DNA of 64,000 nucleotides, from the NCBI GenBank assembly GCA_009103225.1, contig RHPI01003491.1:100450-164449 (forward strand), in the 5' to 3' direction. Within the stretch, counting starts at the first letter, position 1; each line of letters starts with the position of its first letter. Positions 1-13,799 of the stretch are shown here, piece by piece. A program made the translations under genes and the position numbers. Under the pieces are notes generated by a model. That model made no database searches. It had not been told where the DNA came from and saw only the letters and a list, made by a program, of their open reading frames with translations. This DNA comes from Chlorokybus atmophyticus (Eukaryota > Plantae > Mesostigma and Chlorokybus algae).

Positions 1-115
1 CCCTCAAATCTTCTTCCTCCTTATGGCCACTCTGCTGCACTCCGCAAGAGCGAGAAGAACCCCATTCATGGGGCGCGGTGCTTGGCCTTCAATGACATCA
101 CCACCGTCTTCAGGC

Positions 116-848
116 CTTCGACTGTGGTCATGGAATGTCCGTGGCACCAGCGGGGAACACATATCACAATGCCTTTCTTGCCGTGAGACAGTTTTCTCCA
201 GGCTCAAAGCTATGCTTGAAAAAGGAAACGGCGTCTTTTTACTACAGAAATCAAGCTATCTCAAGAACATACTACTTCATGGGATGTTCAGCATGCGTGG
301 GAGGGAGGCTTGCAGTGGGCCTTGGCTGATGGTAGCAAAGGCGGAGCTGCAATCCTTTACTCCCGCATCCTTCAACCCCTTGTCATTGACTCCGCCATAG
401 CTGTACCTCATCGCTGCTGCTGGCTACGTCTAAGTTGAGACGGAGGGACGCTGCTGCTGGTCAGCGTCTATGCTCCTTCAACAGCACCACAACAACGTGC
501 AACTTTCTTCAACTCCCTTCACACCTCCCTCCCATCGACAGACTGGTGCGTGTTGGGCGGTGATTGAAATTGCGCTAAAAATGCAGAACTTGGTAGATCA
601 CACCATGGCATGCATTGAGGGATGGATCACACCGCCTTCACCACCTTCAAGCAACAACTGCACCTTGAAGATGTCTGGCGCAGTCATCATCCTTCCGAAG
701 TAGCATACACGTGGGACATCAGGCGAAACGGCTGGCTCGCCTAGATAGAATGTACGCCTCTCAATTTCTGCTCTCCTCTTTCAAAGACCCCTCCGTGCTT
801 GTCTCCGAATGGGCCTCGGATCACAAACCCACATATGTCAAGCTGCAA
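116..848 (+). mobile_element. Degenerate L1-type LINE apurinic endonuclease (ORF2 N-terminus) relic, probably intronic in the LRR gene
   Basis: Across frameshifts and stops: LWSWNVRG, LLVSVYAPS..QQRATFFNSL, CVLGGD*NC, LEDVWRSHHP..AYTW, RLDRMYAS, SDHKP, i.e. the APE motif series in order. Confidence 0.85.
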
Positions 849-931
849 TCTGCAAGCCGGTGTGAGAAAGGAAAAGGAATGTGACAGTTCAACGCCTCCC
901 TCATGCACAACGCAGAGTTCGTGTTGTGCAG

Positions 932-1766
932 AGACATTTCCCACAACAGAATGTTTGGGACGGTACCATCCGAGTGGGGCAGCTTGACTAACTTACAATA
1001 CTTGTGAGTGGATGGTGGTAATGTTTACGGGCCTTGTTGTTTGAGACTGACTCGGTTGTCTCACACACTGCTCAGGAGCAACAGAACATGCTGACAGTTA
1101 CTTGCACGAGCAGGTACCTTTTTACCAACCAGCTTTCCGGACCTTTGCCAAGTTCTTTCAGCAACCTGACCAATCTCAAGGAATTGTGAGTCGCTCCGCC
1201 AACAAGTTGTTGTGGCTGTCTGTGTGATGCATGCGTGCCACCTCAATTCATACGCATCAGTGACTCGTCTTACTGTGCGCATGCTGCGCAGCATTTTATA
1301 TGAGAACTATCAACTGTGCGGTGACTTCCCCACGTTCGGTCCACAATTCGAATACGCCGACAACAGTGGCACAAACATTGGCAACCCATGCCCATTGCCC
1401 CCTTTACCTTCACCTCCGCCACCCCCTCCTTCACCAAGTCCTCCCCCTCCTTCCCCCCCTCCTCTGCCAGTCTGCAGCAGGCCGCCAATGCCAGGACAAT
1501 GGCAGCACGGGAACAGAACCAACCGCACTCTCACCTGCACGCTCACCCTGACTAGAGGCAAAAGCGTCGCCACCCCGGGAGCCTGCTGTCTCAGGTGCCA
1601 GCGCACAGCCTATTGCCTCTTCTGGTCCTTCAACGGGAATGCCAAACACCGTGCCTGCAAACTGTTCGCCTCGGCTGCAAAGCCCCCTGTCTGCCTACCT
1701 TACAGCGGTAACCTGCGCACGGGGTCATCCCGGACCAACTGGGTATCAGGCAAATTGTGCGACTGA
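932..1766 (+). CDS. 3' part of an LRR - proline-rich linker - PAN/Apple-like extracellular protein (5' exons outside the window)
   Basis: Two 72-nt AG/GT exons (932-1003 DISHNRMFGTVPSEWGSLTNLQYL; 1114-1185 YLFTNQLSGPLPSSFSNLTNLKE) match the plant LRR consensus. Last exon 1292-1766 has SPPP repeats, then CCLRCQRTAYCLFWSF...CKLF. Confidence 0.8.
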
Positions 1767-1937
1767 AGATTTGGATAGGGCACATATCACACATGTTGCG
1801 TGGGAAAGCTGCTGGTAGTTGACTTTACGTTGTTAGAACGTGCAATGCTTCTCCTTCTCAAATAAGCGCTTACTTGGCGGTGGTACTGCAGTGATAGCTA
1901 GTCACATTTACTCAAAGCTTGGTAGCCCTACCCATGC

Positions 1938-2349
<412 letters not shown>

Positions 2350-5300
2350 NGTACAATTTGCAGCATGTTGTACAGAGTCCAGCCTTGATACTGTTAACCT
2401 GTTACATGATACTGTTAACCTGTTACATGCCGTCAACACTGATGGCAGTCACTAGTTTTGGTCGAACGCAGACAGGTGTACTCGTAGCTGCGCAGCTGCA
2501 TACATTGCTGCATCTCCGCCATTGAGAGAAGGACGGCGCTTTCACCAGCGGGTCCTCCTCCGCACGCACCTTGTGCCACCCCGCTGTCGTGCCGCACGAC
2601 AGCGGTGTTGGCATTACAGTTAGCACAGTACTAGCACTTGTAACGTTTTGTGCTTTTGCATTTCCCACACCAGCGAACAACATGCACACATCTCTGAGCC
2701 TTCAACTACACACACGCACACTCACTCACTTACACACGCGGAGCAACAGATCCAGACCAGCAGCGTCTCCCCCCTGCTCAAAAGATTTCGCAGCTGTCTG
2801 TGCAGCAGCGCCGCTGCCTTGCTGTAAAGAGTCTCAGAGTCTCTAGGCTCCACACTCTATACAGGGCGAGATGCATATCTCCAGCAATGAATCAGCAATC
2901 CAGTGTGCGTATTAAGATGCATGGCCATACGTGTAACATGTGACAGCTGAAATTGTCACTCCGAGTGGGAGTGGGAGTGGCATGGGCGTGGGGCGCAATT
3001 GCGTGGTTGGCCGTGCGAGCGAGTGCGCACTCACTCATGCGCATGCATGCTTAACACGCCCGGTACGTCAAGCTGTGTGTCTCAACATCCTGTGTTATTC
3101 ATGCGAATTCGTTATTTTATGCAGACAGTCACCAATGCAACGACGCCGTGACACGTGTGCTAGACACTTAAGTTAGGCGTGCATGCATATATAGTATACA
3201 TGCACGCTGTATTCACTGAAGTCGCTTTCCCCATCAATCCTCTGTAAGCGGACAACAACGGTGCGCATGCATGTGAGATTATACGCGGTTGAATGGCAGA
3301 TACTAGCCATGACGACAACCATGGTTGTCCGGTCCGACCAGACAGCAGAGCCAAAGCCCTCCACCCGCCACAACTCTGTGTGCGCATGTGTGTGCAAATG
3401 CATTTGCATGTGCACGCGTATGTCTGCGCATGTGCGTACACCCCAGCTTTCAAGACACATGCACGGTGCATGCTTGTGTGTGTGCACACACGCATAGCTT
3501 GCTGCACGAGGTAAAGCGCCCTACCACCTTGAAGGCCTGCTCAAGCATTTTTATTTGCGCATGGACCCGTCGACGGTTGCGCCGGGCGCTGTAGCTGTAG
3601 GTGGTTTACTCGTGCAGCATACTTGACACGATCCTCCACACATGGTGCTTGAAGCAATGTATGTGCTCGCTTGCTTGCCTTCCAGGCCTTCCAGGCATTG
3701 AATGTGTGCTGCGAGGCAATTTTGATGCGAGTTTCTACAAGTCATTTTAGCGTACAAACATTTCCTCAACCGCGGGTCGGGGCGGCTTTGATCGACAGGG
3801 GGCCTCCAATCATGCAAACACAGTCTACAAGAATACTTACAATCACTAGTACAAATTATGGTGCCGTATTAGTTTATTTTACTCTTTATAACACATTGTC
3901 ATCGGCTAATACGACGGATGACCTGTTGTGTAACCGGCCACTAATAATGCATGAAACGTATGTCTTACAAACAGTTTCACATTAAGTGCATACAACAACA
4001 AGCCCAACCAATGTGAATGCAATGAAAACTTGCATGGTTGGGCATATGCATTGAGCACATGTAATGCATATGCAATTGACTATGCACGTACCTATGCATA
4101 TGCTTTACGTATATAGCTGTACGTATGATATGCAGTGTCTATGACACTTTGAGGGTCTCAAGCTATGTGTGAGACTATTGGGTCAACGGTCTCACGCGTA
4201 TAACGCCGTTCCATGTACTGACATGTTGCCACAATGCATGAATACTGCAATTGTTTGATTGAGAGCATTAGTATTTTGTTAAATTTTATAGCAGTATATC
4301 AAGCTATGCCATATTTATATAATATATCGATATATGCCAACACAATGTATACCGACCCCATCATCATTACAACCGCATAACGTAAGGTGGTGCAATCCGC
4401 TCCTTAGCGTTGACAAAATAAATGTAAATATAGTAAAACTTAGTATACATACCACTCATTCATTCAATGAATCGAATGTATACTATATATTTTGGATTGA
4501 AAAATGCTTTACTAGTAATTGCTATAATTATTGCAAGCTTCGAAATAAATGCAATACACACAGTGCTATTGGAATTAGCAACATGTGTGCAAACTTTCAT
4601 TGTAACGCTAAGAGTGCATATTTGAGTACAATTGGTTGCCGTGCTGGCTGAAAACCGTATTCAAACATGCACCGTGACAGTGAACTTCAAGTGATATGCT
4701 ACATTGATTACACAAGTTAAGCTTTCCACAATCACACCGTCTTTGAAGAAAATTTTTCATTGTGTGTTAATTTTAAAAAGTTGTTGCTAACCTAATTGCA
4801 ATATGTATGCTTTGTAAAATATACCAATTTGTTTGTGGGTATACAACTCTGATTAGCAATGTGCCATAGTATTGTCAGATATTTGCGCCATAAAACAAAG
4901 AATGAGCTTGTAAATGGTTATGACATGCGTTTGTCCGCACGCACACATGCTATTGCAAGGCCTTGTTTTCGATATGCTACAATTATTATGTGCTATTTAC
5001 ATTGTCGTATTAACAATGTGTCTTCAAAATCAAAACCATATATGCCCCAAACCTGTTAATAAATCTTCATGAGCATAAACTTCTTGAGCAACCACGTCTT
5101 ATCATGGTGCATACCTTGCATAGATACTGTGTGGACTACGCGTATAAGATGGTTGTCCTCATCAAAGTAAAGCACAACAACAAGTTTGGAGAAAAGTGCA
5201 AGTTGAGTTGTTAAATTCATACTCGCAACTAAAAATAAGCGATACTTTCTCTCAATTTTACCTCACAACCGCAAATGCAATGCACTTTTGTGTGGAGATG

Positions 5301-6859
5301 CCTTGTTGTGTGGGTACGCTAGGCACACTGTAATCCACCCGTAATACACTTGTCATAATATAATACAATACGTGTGCGCTGTTCCCGTGTGGCTGTGAAG
5401 AGGGTGACGCATATGTGCCTTGTGTTCACACGGCGCTAGGCCTATGGGCAACTTGCTTGATGGCGTACCACATGTACGTGTCACAGTGTTTATGCGCATA
5501 CTGTAATGACACATCCGCAATACACGCAGGTTTATCACAATTTTTATTATGCACATTGTTTGCAGCTGTCATTGGGCTGATGTACATTGGTCTACACCAT
5601 GGCACAGCTCACAACGCAATACCAACATGTGTAGGATATAAGCATTTCTGTGATCGTGGCTCGCAATTGCACGACAAACATGACACATGCATAACATGCG
5701 CATGCATTGATACTTGAAGCTTTGGATTGGCAAGCAAATTGTTTAATAACCACCGGTGTAATGCCGGTTAGTGTGGAATAGGCTAAGATGGGCTTATGAA
5801 AGTATTCATAAGCAATACACAACCTCTTATGGTAGCGACTTTTGCTACCATGGCCTAGTCGGCTAAGCCCCGCGTTACAACCGGGCTATATACAAGATAT
5901 GTAGCAACCCATATACAAGCTAGGTGGCTATCTTCATTATTGCCCATACCACATTTGTTAATCCGCATGCGTTATTGCACACCCGCACAAAAAGCGCCAC
6001 AATCATTTAGCATTCACGCTCAAGTTGTGGCAGCATTGGATAGACGATTGACTCCCCTTTCTCTCTATCTTGCCCACTTCAATCGCCACCCTTCTTTTCC
6101 TCCTTTGCCCACTTCAATCGCTGCGCCCTTGCTTTAGTGCTTGCAAGGCCGCAGTGTCTACATTGGCAGTGCGCAACTGCGCGCACTGCCAACTCGACCA
6201 GCTAAGGACTGGTGACGGCTCAGTGCCGCATGTTGTGCAGTAGGTAATGGCTTTTGTTTCGAGACGGGGCTTGTGCGTGCACGTGTCGCTACGGTTGTCA
6301 TGCCATGAGCACTCGACACCTGCAGCATTGTACTGATTAGGGTGTTGAGAAATACAAATAGTCGTGCGCACACGCAACAGCAAGGGCTACTCTTTACAAG
6401 TAGAGGATGCTCTGTACATCACACTCGCCATCGACTAAATATTTGTACACTTATGCAAGACGAGGGGGGCTGTGCCACTGCCAGTCCGTGGCGCTCTTGT
6501 GACCAGGGAACGAACCATCATGCCAACAGATGGCAGGACGCAGGGTAGCAATGCAACCTTGGAACATCGCCTCTGTCCACACCACAGGCAGAGATTCCAC
6601 GGGAAGACGTTATACCGGTCGCGACATGTGTATGAACAAATTAATGGGAATGGACAATAGGGAAGGGCACCTTTGGGGTAGGACACCATCGCCGTTCCGC
6701 ACCCTCCAACCAAAGCAAAGGAGGCTCTATGAGTCCACGGGGAACGCACCTACTAGAGTCCTTCCTACACGCTGTGTTAGTCACTAGACATCGACACTTT
6801 ATATCACAAATCCCATACACTTACCACTTTAAGTACATGTTTTGCTGGCGCGATGGCCA

Positions 6860-7238
6860 TGTTGAAGGTATTCCTACATCCGGTTAGCTTGGCCTCTGCA
6901 TAAGAATACACGGAGAGGACCTCGATGACTCCTGACTGAGTCCGAGCAGACTGCAGAGCAAGGGCGTACAAGAACCGTTGAATCTTGATGGATACGGAGC
7001 CAAATGACATGTGGCGTAGCTTGTTGGATAGATCTTGCGGTTGGTGACGTGGTGCAACGTATAGCACGGGAGTTGATTGAGTGGATCGTACGGTATATCT
7101 TGTAGGCCAACAGTGTGTTTATCTAGTGTAGAATCTGTGTATAAGACCCCTGTGGACTTGTGTCCTTACTACAAGCTGTGGTGTTGTGATGTAGCGTGTC
7201 ACCTATGTGTATGTGCTTGTCACGTGTATATGTCAACA
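6860..7238 (+). repeat. Copia 5' LTR
   Basis: TG...CA ends, followed directly by the PBS; aligns end to end with 9297-9667. Confidence 0.9.
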
Positions 7239-7251
7239 GGTTATGGGCCCA
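7239..7251 (+). promoter_or_regulatory. Copia-type primer binding site (internal/half tRNA-iMet)
   Basis: GGTTATGGGCCCA immediately after the LTR's CAACA; same motif as the Drosophila copia PBS. Confidence 0.85.
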
Positions 7252-9296
7252 CACATGCATGTGTAGGTTAAAGTGTGTTGCAATTGTGTGTATAGCCGTG
7301 GTTGCTTCGGGACGACTCTGAAGAATTCAAAGATTGAAGGTTGAAAACTGCGAAGATTGATGGTTAAATACTATTTAGTAGTACTGAAGATTATGAAGAT
7401 TGGTGAGAAAGTTAAAAGCTTGGCAAAAGGCAAAGAAGGCGACTTGGAACTTTTGAAGCTGTCGAAAGTTGCAAGTTTTGAGAGGCTAAAGGCAACTTGA
7501 AGAATTGAGGCATGGACAATTTAAAGATCACATTTAAGCCACTCGAAGTTGACAACTATAGCACGTGGAGTATGAAGATGGAGTTGCTACTAATTTACAA
7601 AGATTTGTAGAAGTAATTTCAAAATACGTCAAGACAAGGTGCCTACCAGAGAAGGAAGTGTCTGGGCGACACAAGGAAGGAAGGCATTAGCCTTGATAGG
7701 CTTGAAAGTTGCGAAGCATCTGCTGGTGATGGTGAAAGAATGCAGCACCGCGAAGAAGCTGTGGTTGAAGTTAAAGAGCCACTTCAAGTCGTGCATGGCC
7801 AGAAGGCTACAGCTAAGATCAGAACTCAACTCGTTGCAAATGTTTAGCTGGGAGCCAATTAACAAGTTTGTAGCGCGGGTGAAAGCGTTATTGAAAGACT
7901 TGTTGGGTGTTGGCCATGAGCTCAAGGAAGTTGAGGTGGTGTGGGCTGTGCTCTCAAGCTTGCCCACCGAGTACAGAGTGGTCGTCACTATATTGGAGTC
8001 GACAATGGAAGAGTTGTCGCTGGACGGGGTGACATCGAGGCTTGAAGAACGACGCTTGAAGAAGGATGAAGAACTTGAGATTGGAGCATCGCCCGGAGGT
8101 GTGGCGTTTGCGACTTCAAAGGGTTTGGAAAAAGGGCGCCCAAGGCAGCAACAGAGAGTGTTGGCACTGCAGGGAGCATGGCCAGTTCAAGTACAAGTGT
8201 CCCAAGTTGAAGAGGGCAAAGACTGGTGGTGAGGTGAAAGCAATGGCGTTGCACGCATCAGAAGAAGAAGCAAATTATGTTGGGTGGGTGTTGGACTCGA
8301 GAGCTACAAGGCATCTCACAAATGACAGAAGCAAGCTTAGCAACTATACTCCTCTAACGAAGCCAGTGACGGTGGACTTTAGCACCAGGGAGATGTGCAT
8401 CTCCGATGCAAGGTTGGGAGTGAAGTGACGAAAGTTGTGCTCAAGGATGTACTGCATGTGCAAATTTGTTCTCGGTGCATATGGCCACGAGGGTTGGCGC
8501 AAGTGCGATGTTTGACATGAACAAGGCGAGGATTGTACTTAAAGGTGTCACACAGCTGGTCGGCATCAACAAGGGTGGACGCTACTACGTAGAGGAGGAC
8601 GGGGCACAGAAGATGGTTGCTGCTATGGCAAGAGTGGTTGAGAAGACATTTAAGACACCACATTGTCCAAGCAACAAAAAGGCACGAAAGGTTGTTGTGA
8701 CGGAAGCTCAGAGCTCGTGGGAGCTGCAAGAAGCTACGAGCAAGTGCTTGAAAGTAAAATGCCGAAGGTGGTGAAGAACGAAGTCAAAGCTATTACTGAA
8801 GACAAACGCTCTGTCAAAGGAAGACAGGTGCGGTAAGTAAAGGGCGGAAATGCGCATGTGCAGCAAGTACATGTGACAAAGAGCAAGCTGGAGCTTAAGC
8901 TTGCGGCCGACCCCTGTCCTATCCTACTTAAACATGCGACAAAAGTAATCTTGAGGTATGAAGCTTTAGGGACAATGTAACTACGCTTGGGATTCCGTAC
9001 CAATTATGTGCTAGGATAAGAGGAGTTTGTATCTAAGCTCCCTTCTTAATTGATGAGTAGTAGAAGCGAACTGACGGAAAAAGGCCGATGATAACAAGGA
9101 CTTCAAGATGAACAGGTTTCAAGTGTTGATGGGAAGCATGGAGGTGTTGGATCACGAAGAGCTTAAAGGCCGGGCTTTAATGGTCGCGCACGAGAAGAAG
9201 AAGGTCGTCAAGAAGAGAAGCAAGGAGCGCGTGGGAGTTCACCATGCGTGAGTGATGCAGGAGCAAGCGGTAAAGGTCAAGCTGCCCGCGTGGGAG

Positions 9297-9667
9297 TGTT
9301 AAAGGTATTCCTACATCCGGTCAGCTTGGCCTTTGCATATAAACACACGAAGAGGACCTCGATGACTCCGGACTGAGTCCGAGCAGAGCAAGGGCTTAAA
9401 ATAAACCGTTGGATCTTGGTGGATAGGGAGCCGAATGACACGTGGCGTAGCTTATTGTATAGATCTTGCGGTTAGCTACGGGGTGCAACTTATAGCACAG
9501 GATTCGATTGAGTAGAATGTACGGTGTTGCTTGTAGACCAGCAGTGTGTTTGTTTGGTGCAGATTGTAGCGTGTATAAGACCCCGCAGACTTGTGCAATT
9601 CAAGCGTAGTGTTGTGATGTAGCATGTCACCCATGTGTATATGCTTGTCAATGTGTGTATGTCATTA
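9297..9667 (+). repeat. Copia 3' LTR (diverged)
   Basis: Starts TGTTAAAGG after PPT-like GCGTGGGAG; terminal CAACA has become CATTA. Confidence 0.85.
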
Positions 9668-9699
9668 AAGCTATTGGCACGGCGCTCCGAAGCACTGCA

Positions 9700-12680
9700 C
9701 AAGGTAGAAGAGGCATGGACAAAGGGAGTGCACGTCCTAACACCTGCAGAGAGAGCTGAGGGGGTGTCGTTGCCATAGCTGCCTATCTATGCAGGGGTGA
9801 TTCGCTGAAATGTACCGGAGAAAGACGGAGTAAAAAAGAAGTGTGATGATCTTTTACAAGCTGGATTGATTGAGGAGTTGATCTCCACCTATGCGTTTAC
9901 TGTAGTCATGCCCATGAGAAAAAGACTCTGAGGGTAACTGGACACAGATGCGCATGTGTGTGGAGAGCACACCTGCGAATGCAACCACTCAGACGAACAG
10001 GTATCCGATGACTACTGCGGAAGACATTTTTAAAAACGTCGCTGACGCGAAGGTCTTTACCATCATCAACTTGCGTGCTGGCTTCCACCAGATAAACATG
10101 AAATGGCAGGCCAGACACAAGACTGCAATCTAGGGTAACCGCACTCTATATCAAAGGTAATGCTATTTGGCATGAAGAAGGCGCCAGCAGTTTAAGAGAG
10201 TGATGGACCGGGTCCCGAGGGGACTCTCCTTCACGCGTTTATACAATGATGATGTTCTGGTCTTCTCAGCGACAATGTGGAGGATCACATGAAGTATCTC
10301 GATGTAATATTTAAAGGGATTCAGGCTGCAAGAATAACTTGTCACTCTGAGAAGTACAGGTTTGCAACCGCCACTATGCAATATTTTGGGGCACGAGATT
10401 GTGCCTAGCAGAGTACAAGTGCAGAAAGCCAAGGTGGATGCCATTGGCCAAGTACCAGTCCCGACTAACATCCGCGGAGCATTCTTAGGGCTGGCAAACT
10501 ACTATCGTTTTCGCTTGTGAAAGCCTTTAGCAAGTTTACCAGACCCTTGAATGACCTGTTAAAGAAAGAAAACCATTGGCAATGGAGTAAATGTTGCCAG
10601 CAGGTATGTAAGCAGATCAAGGAGAAGCTTAGTGAAGCCCCATTGATAAGAAGACCTCACTACAACAAGGAGTTCATCCTCCATACGAATTGGAGCAAGT
10701 TGGGCATCGGTGCTGTGCTATGTTAGAAAGATAACTATGGAGCAAAATATGTGGTTGCATGTGCCAGCAGAAGGAACAACGAAGCTGAAGGCAACTACAG
10801 CTCCTGTGCAGGGAAATGTTTGGCAGCAGTATGGGCAGTTGTACAATTTAGGCCCTTCCTCTTTAAAAAGTGCTTCACGCTGTTGAGTGACCATCAGCGT
10901 TTGAAGTGGATGCTTACCAACAACCACTTGACAGGGAAGCATGCTCGCTGTGCGTTGCTCCTACAAGAATATGACTTCATCATCAAGCACAAGGCAGGGT
11001 TGGCCAATATGGACACAGATGGACCAAACAAAAACCCTGTTGCCAACACCAGGGAGGAGAGTGAGGCTCGGCATAATGATGGGCTAGATACCCATGTTGA
11101 TACGGATGTGGCAGCACTACTAATCATTGCAGGGTGCGCAATGACTAAGTATGAACAAGTGGTGAACACCCTCATTAACAGTGAAGAGGTGATCTGTTGT
11201 GCAGTAGAGGCTGAGGGGGTCACCCCCGCAAAAAGGACGATAACGTCAAGGATGTCATTTAGCTGGACCGAGACGCCCTGATGTACGCCATGAGAACCGG
11301 AGCCTACCCAACAGCTGCATGTTCGCTGAGCAAGGACCGCGTGTGACGCCATTTTTAGAGCTCCAGTTGGAGAGAAGGCAAGGTTTACAGGACAAGAAGG
11401 ATTGTGCCACCACTGTCAAATGAAGAAGAGATTGTGCGCAAGCTGCACCATCAACTGAAACATGTTTGGGTCAATCGCGCTGGCACTAGTGACCACGACG
11501 TATTGGTGGGCAGGAGTGGCAGCAATGGTTGCCGTAGTGCAACAATGTGTGGAGTGTGACAAGGTAAAGGCTAGCTTCAACACAAAGCCTCCACAGCTTC
11601 ACCCACCCCCCATCTAAGAATTGTTTATCGTTGGGGTTAGCACCTGGCAGGGGACCTACCTGTTAGTAAAAGAGGTTATTAGATCACTATAATGATGACC
11701 GAGCATTTTAGCAAGTGGGTGGAACTAACCCCCACTTGTAATGAAAGACAGCAACACTATCACGGAGGCCTTCCTCATCCAAGTGTTGAGCCGATATGGA
11801 GGGTGTGCAAAAGTGTTAACAAATCAAGGCATGGAGTTTCGGGGTAGGTTCGATGACTTGCTGCACGACTGCTTCATTGATCATTGCCGCACGCACCGCA
11901 ACCATCCCCAAGCGGATGGGATCATCGAGAGGATGGTGCAAATTGTGAACCAAAAATTGCGTAAATTTTGCCGCAGCCACAACAAAAGCGACTGGGATCT
12001 TTGGTTGCCATGAATTATGGGATATAGGTTCAGCCAACAGGCCTTGAGGGCATACAGCTCGTATTGTCGACTATATGGCCGCCATTCACAGCTGCCAGCT
12101 TTTATATACATATAAGCTAGCAGAGGCAGTTGTAATTTCCCAAGATGAGCAGAGCTTTGTTGAAAAGCTCACTGCCAGGGCAGCGTTGTGCAAATGCGTC
12201 ATGCCGATTGCAATGGACAACCTGGTCATTGCACAGCATAGAGATACTCAGCTTTACGCTCGAGTGCGCAGTGGGTTCTACAAACCCCGCATGCAGAAGT
12301 TTGAGGCAGGAGAGGTTATGTTTATGTTCACTGAAAAATAACGGATACGCTGGACACCACTGCTAGCAATATAATACTTAGAGTCAAGAAAGTGCGCAAC
12401 AATGGCGTACTTCTACTCGAGGGCAGGTGATGGCAGGACAGGTACAGAATGCATGAAAAATTGTGCCCTCCATCATCTACCCAACATTGATGGTGCCATG
12501 GACCTCAAGGCGGCTGTTGTTGACGCCAGTTGTTGATGTGAAGGCTGCGCACGCGCTGACGGAGAAGCCAGCATGCTGCTGTGTGACAGATGCGTAGCCG
12601 GTTGACACATATGGTGCCTGTTGCCACCATTAAACAAGGTTCTCAAGGGAGATTGGATGTGTGAGGCCTGCTAGATGCAG
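9700..12680 (+). mobile_element. Decayed Ty3/gypsy pol (RT-RNaseH-integrase-PHD), related to the 32.7-41.2 kb element
   Basis: Fragmented frames: KCDDLLQAGLIEE, NRYPM..AEDIFKNVADAKVFTIINLRAGFHQI, EFILHTNWSKLGIGAVLC, NNEAEGNYSSCAGKCLAAVWAV, HPQADGIIERMVQ; terminal PHD CEGCARADGEASMLLCDRCVAG*HIWCLLPPLNKVLKGDWMCEAC. Many stops and frameshifts. Confidence 0.9.
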
Positions 12681-12841
12681 TTGGCCCACTCGGGAGAGTA
12701 AGGGGCCGGCTGGAGGGGGTAGGGAAGCTCGTGTCCTGTCAACATTTATTTTTCATATTGGAGACACGACAATGTCTTTAACACAGCGCGCAACATCCCT
12801 AATGCACCGAGCGCACTAGCTTTACAATTGCACATGTACAG

Positions 12842-13358
12842 TTATTCTCCAGAGTACAAGCCTGCGTCCTCATCAGGATTATAAGGCTTGGTGTGCCATC
12901 GCACTTCAGAGCGGTGTAATGCAGGGCAACCTTGTGCATAGCGTTGTTGCTCACACCACACGCACTTGTGTACCCAGCCAGGCTCACCAAATTGGCACAA
13001 CTCTCGGCATATCTGGGAAGGAGGACACTCGGGGAAGACCATTGATTGGGTAACATCAGTGCTGTGTCGCTCCTCCCACCCTGTAGTAAGGTGTGGTAGA
13101 ATAACTTCCGGGCTTATCCTTCCATGTCGGCTCGTACACACGCATAGGTTTGGGCTTACCACGACAACGCAGAGGTATCAAGTATGCTGGCGTGTACCAG
13201 CAAGGCCATTCGCCAACCGACAGCCGGACGAGCGGAGGCGACGGGATCACCACCGCTGTGCCACCCCAACATGGCTCTGTCACCTCCACCTCCTCCTCCA
13301 CATTTGCTATGAGGAGGCCGGCGCTCACGGATGTAGTCACTCCTGCTGGGCCATACAT
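12842..13358 (-). CDS. Possible two-exon Cys-rich orphan ORF
   Basis: A GT-AG intron at 13081-13159 (79 nt) joins two open frames: ...YLIPLRCR-G-WEERH...CPPSQICRELCQFGEPGWVHKCVWCEQ...; no family recognised; start uncertain. Confidence 0.3.
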
Positions 13359-13799
13359 AGTGCCGCGCCGCCATTGCGAGCAGACCAACTCACATGCACA
13401 AGACCATGGCGTACAGCCTAAGGCATAAGGAGATGTGGTTATCTGCATGCTCGGGCACCCGGGCTCAGAATGTACATTTGCAAGTGGATATCGAGCATCA
13501 GCATACACGATGGCTATCAGCATGACACTATGGTATGGGCAAGCTGCATTGCCATCAGCTTGCTCCCCATGCATACTCCGTGTCCCGCCCTCGGTGTACA
13601 AAAGATGCAAGAGGGAGTTCACACATGCAAACCTATGTGCGAGGCCGAGCAGTGTCTTTGCCGTTGTTGTTTTGTCGCTTTACATTCATCACAATCTTGT
13701 AGACTACGTACTACCTACATATGATACCTAGCATATAGCATATACATACCATTGGCGGCATGCAGTACGCGTAGTCGTTATTGCATAGCTGCAAATGTC

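Larger units (their letters stand above)
6860..9667 (+). mobile_element. Non-autonomous, decayed Ty1/Copia LTR retrotransposon (gag and protease only)
   Basis: Related LTRs at 6860-7238 (TGTTG...CAACA) and 9297-9667; PBS GGTTATGGGCCCA; gag from 7512 (DNYSTWSMKMELLL, ALALIGLKV, SSLPTEYRVVVTILE); degenerate knuckle CWHCREHGQFKYKC; protease WVLDSRATRHLT; no integrase or RT motifs seen. Confidence 0.88.

Noticed and set aside
2420-6850. Short ORFs and AT-rich sequence, including a WNIAS and an RVLRMCHY motif hinting at LINE or PLE debris
   Set aside because: Single weak motifs with no supporting motif order.
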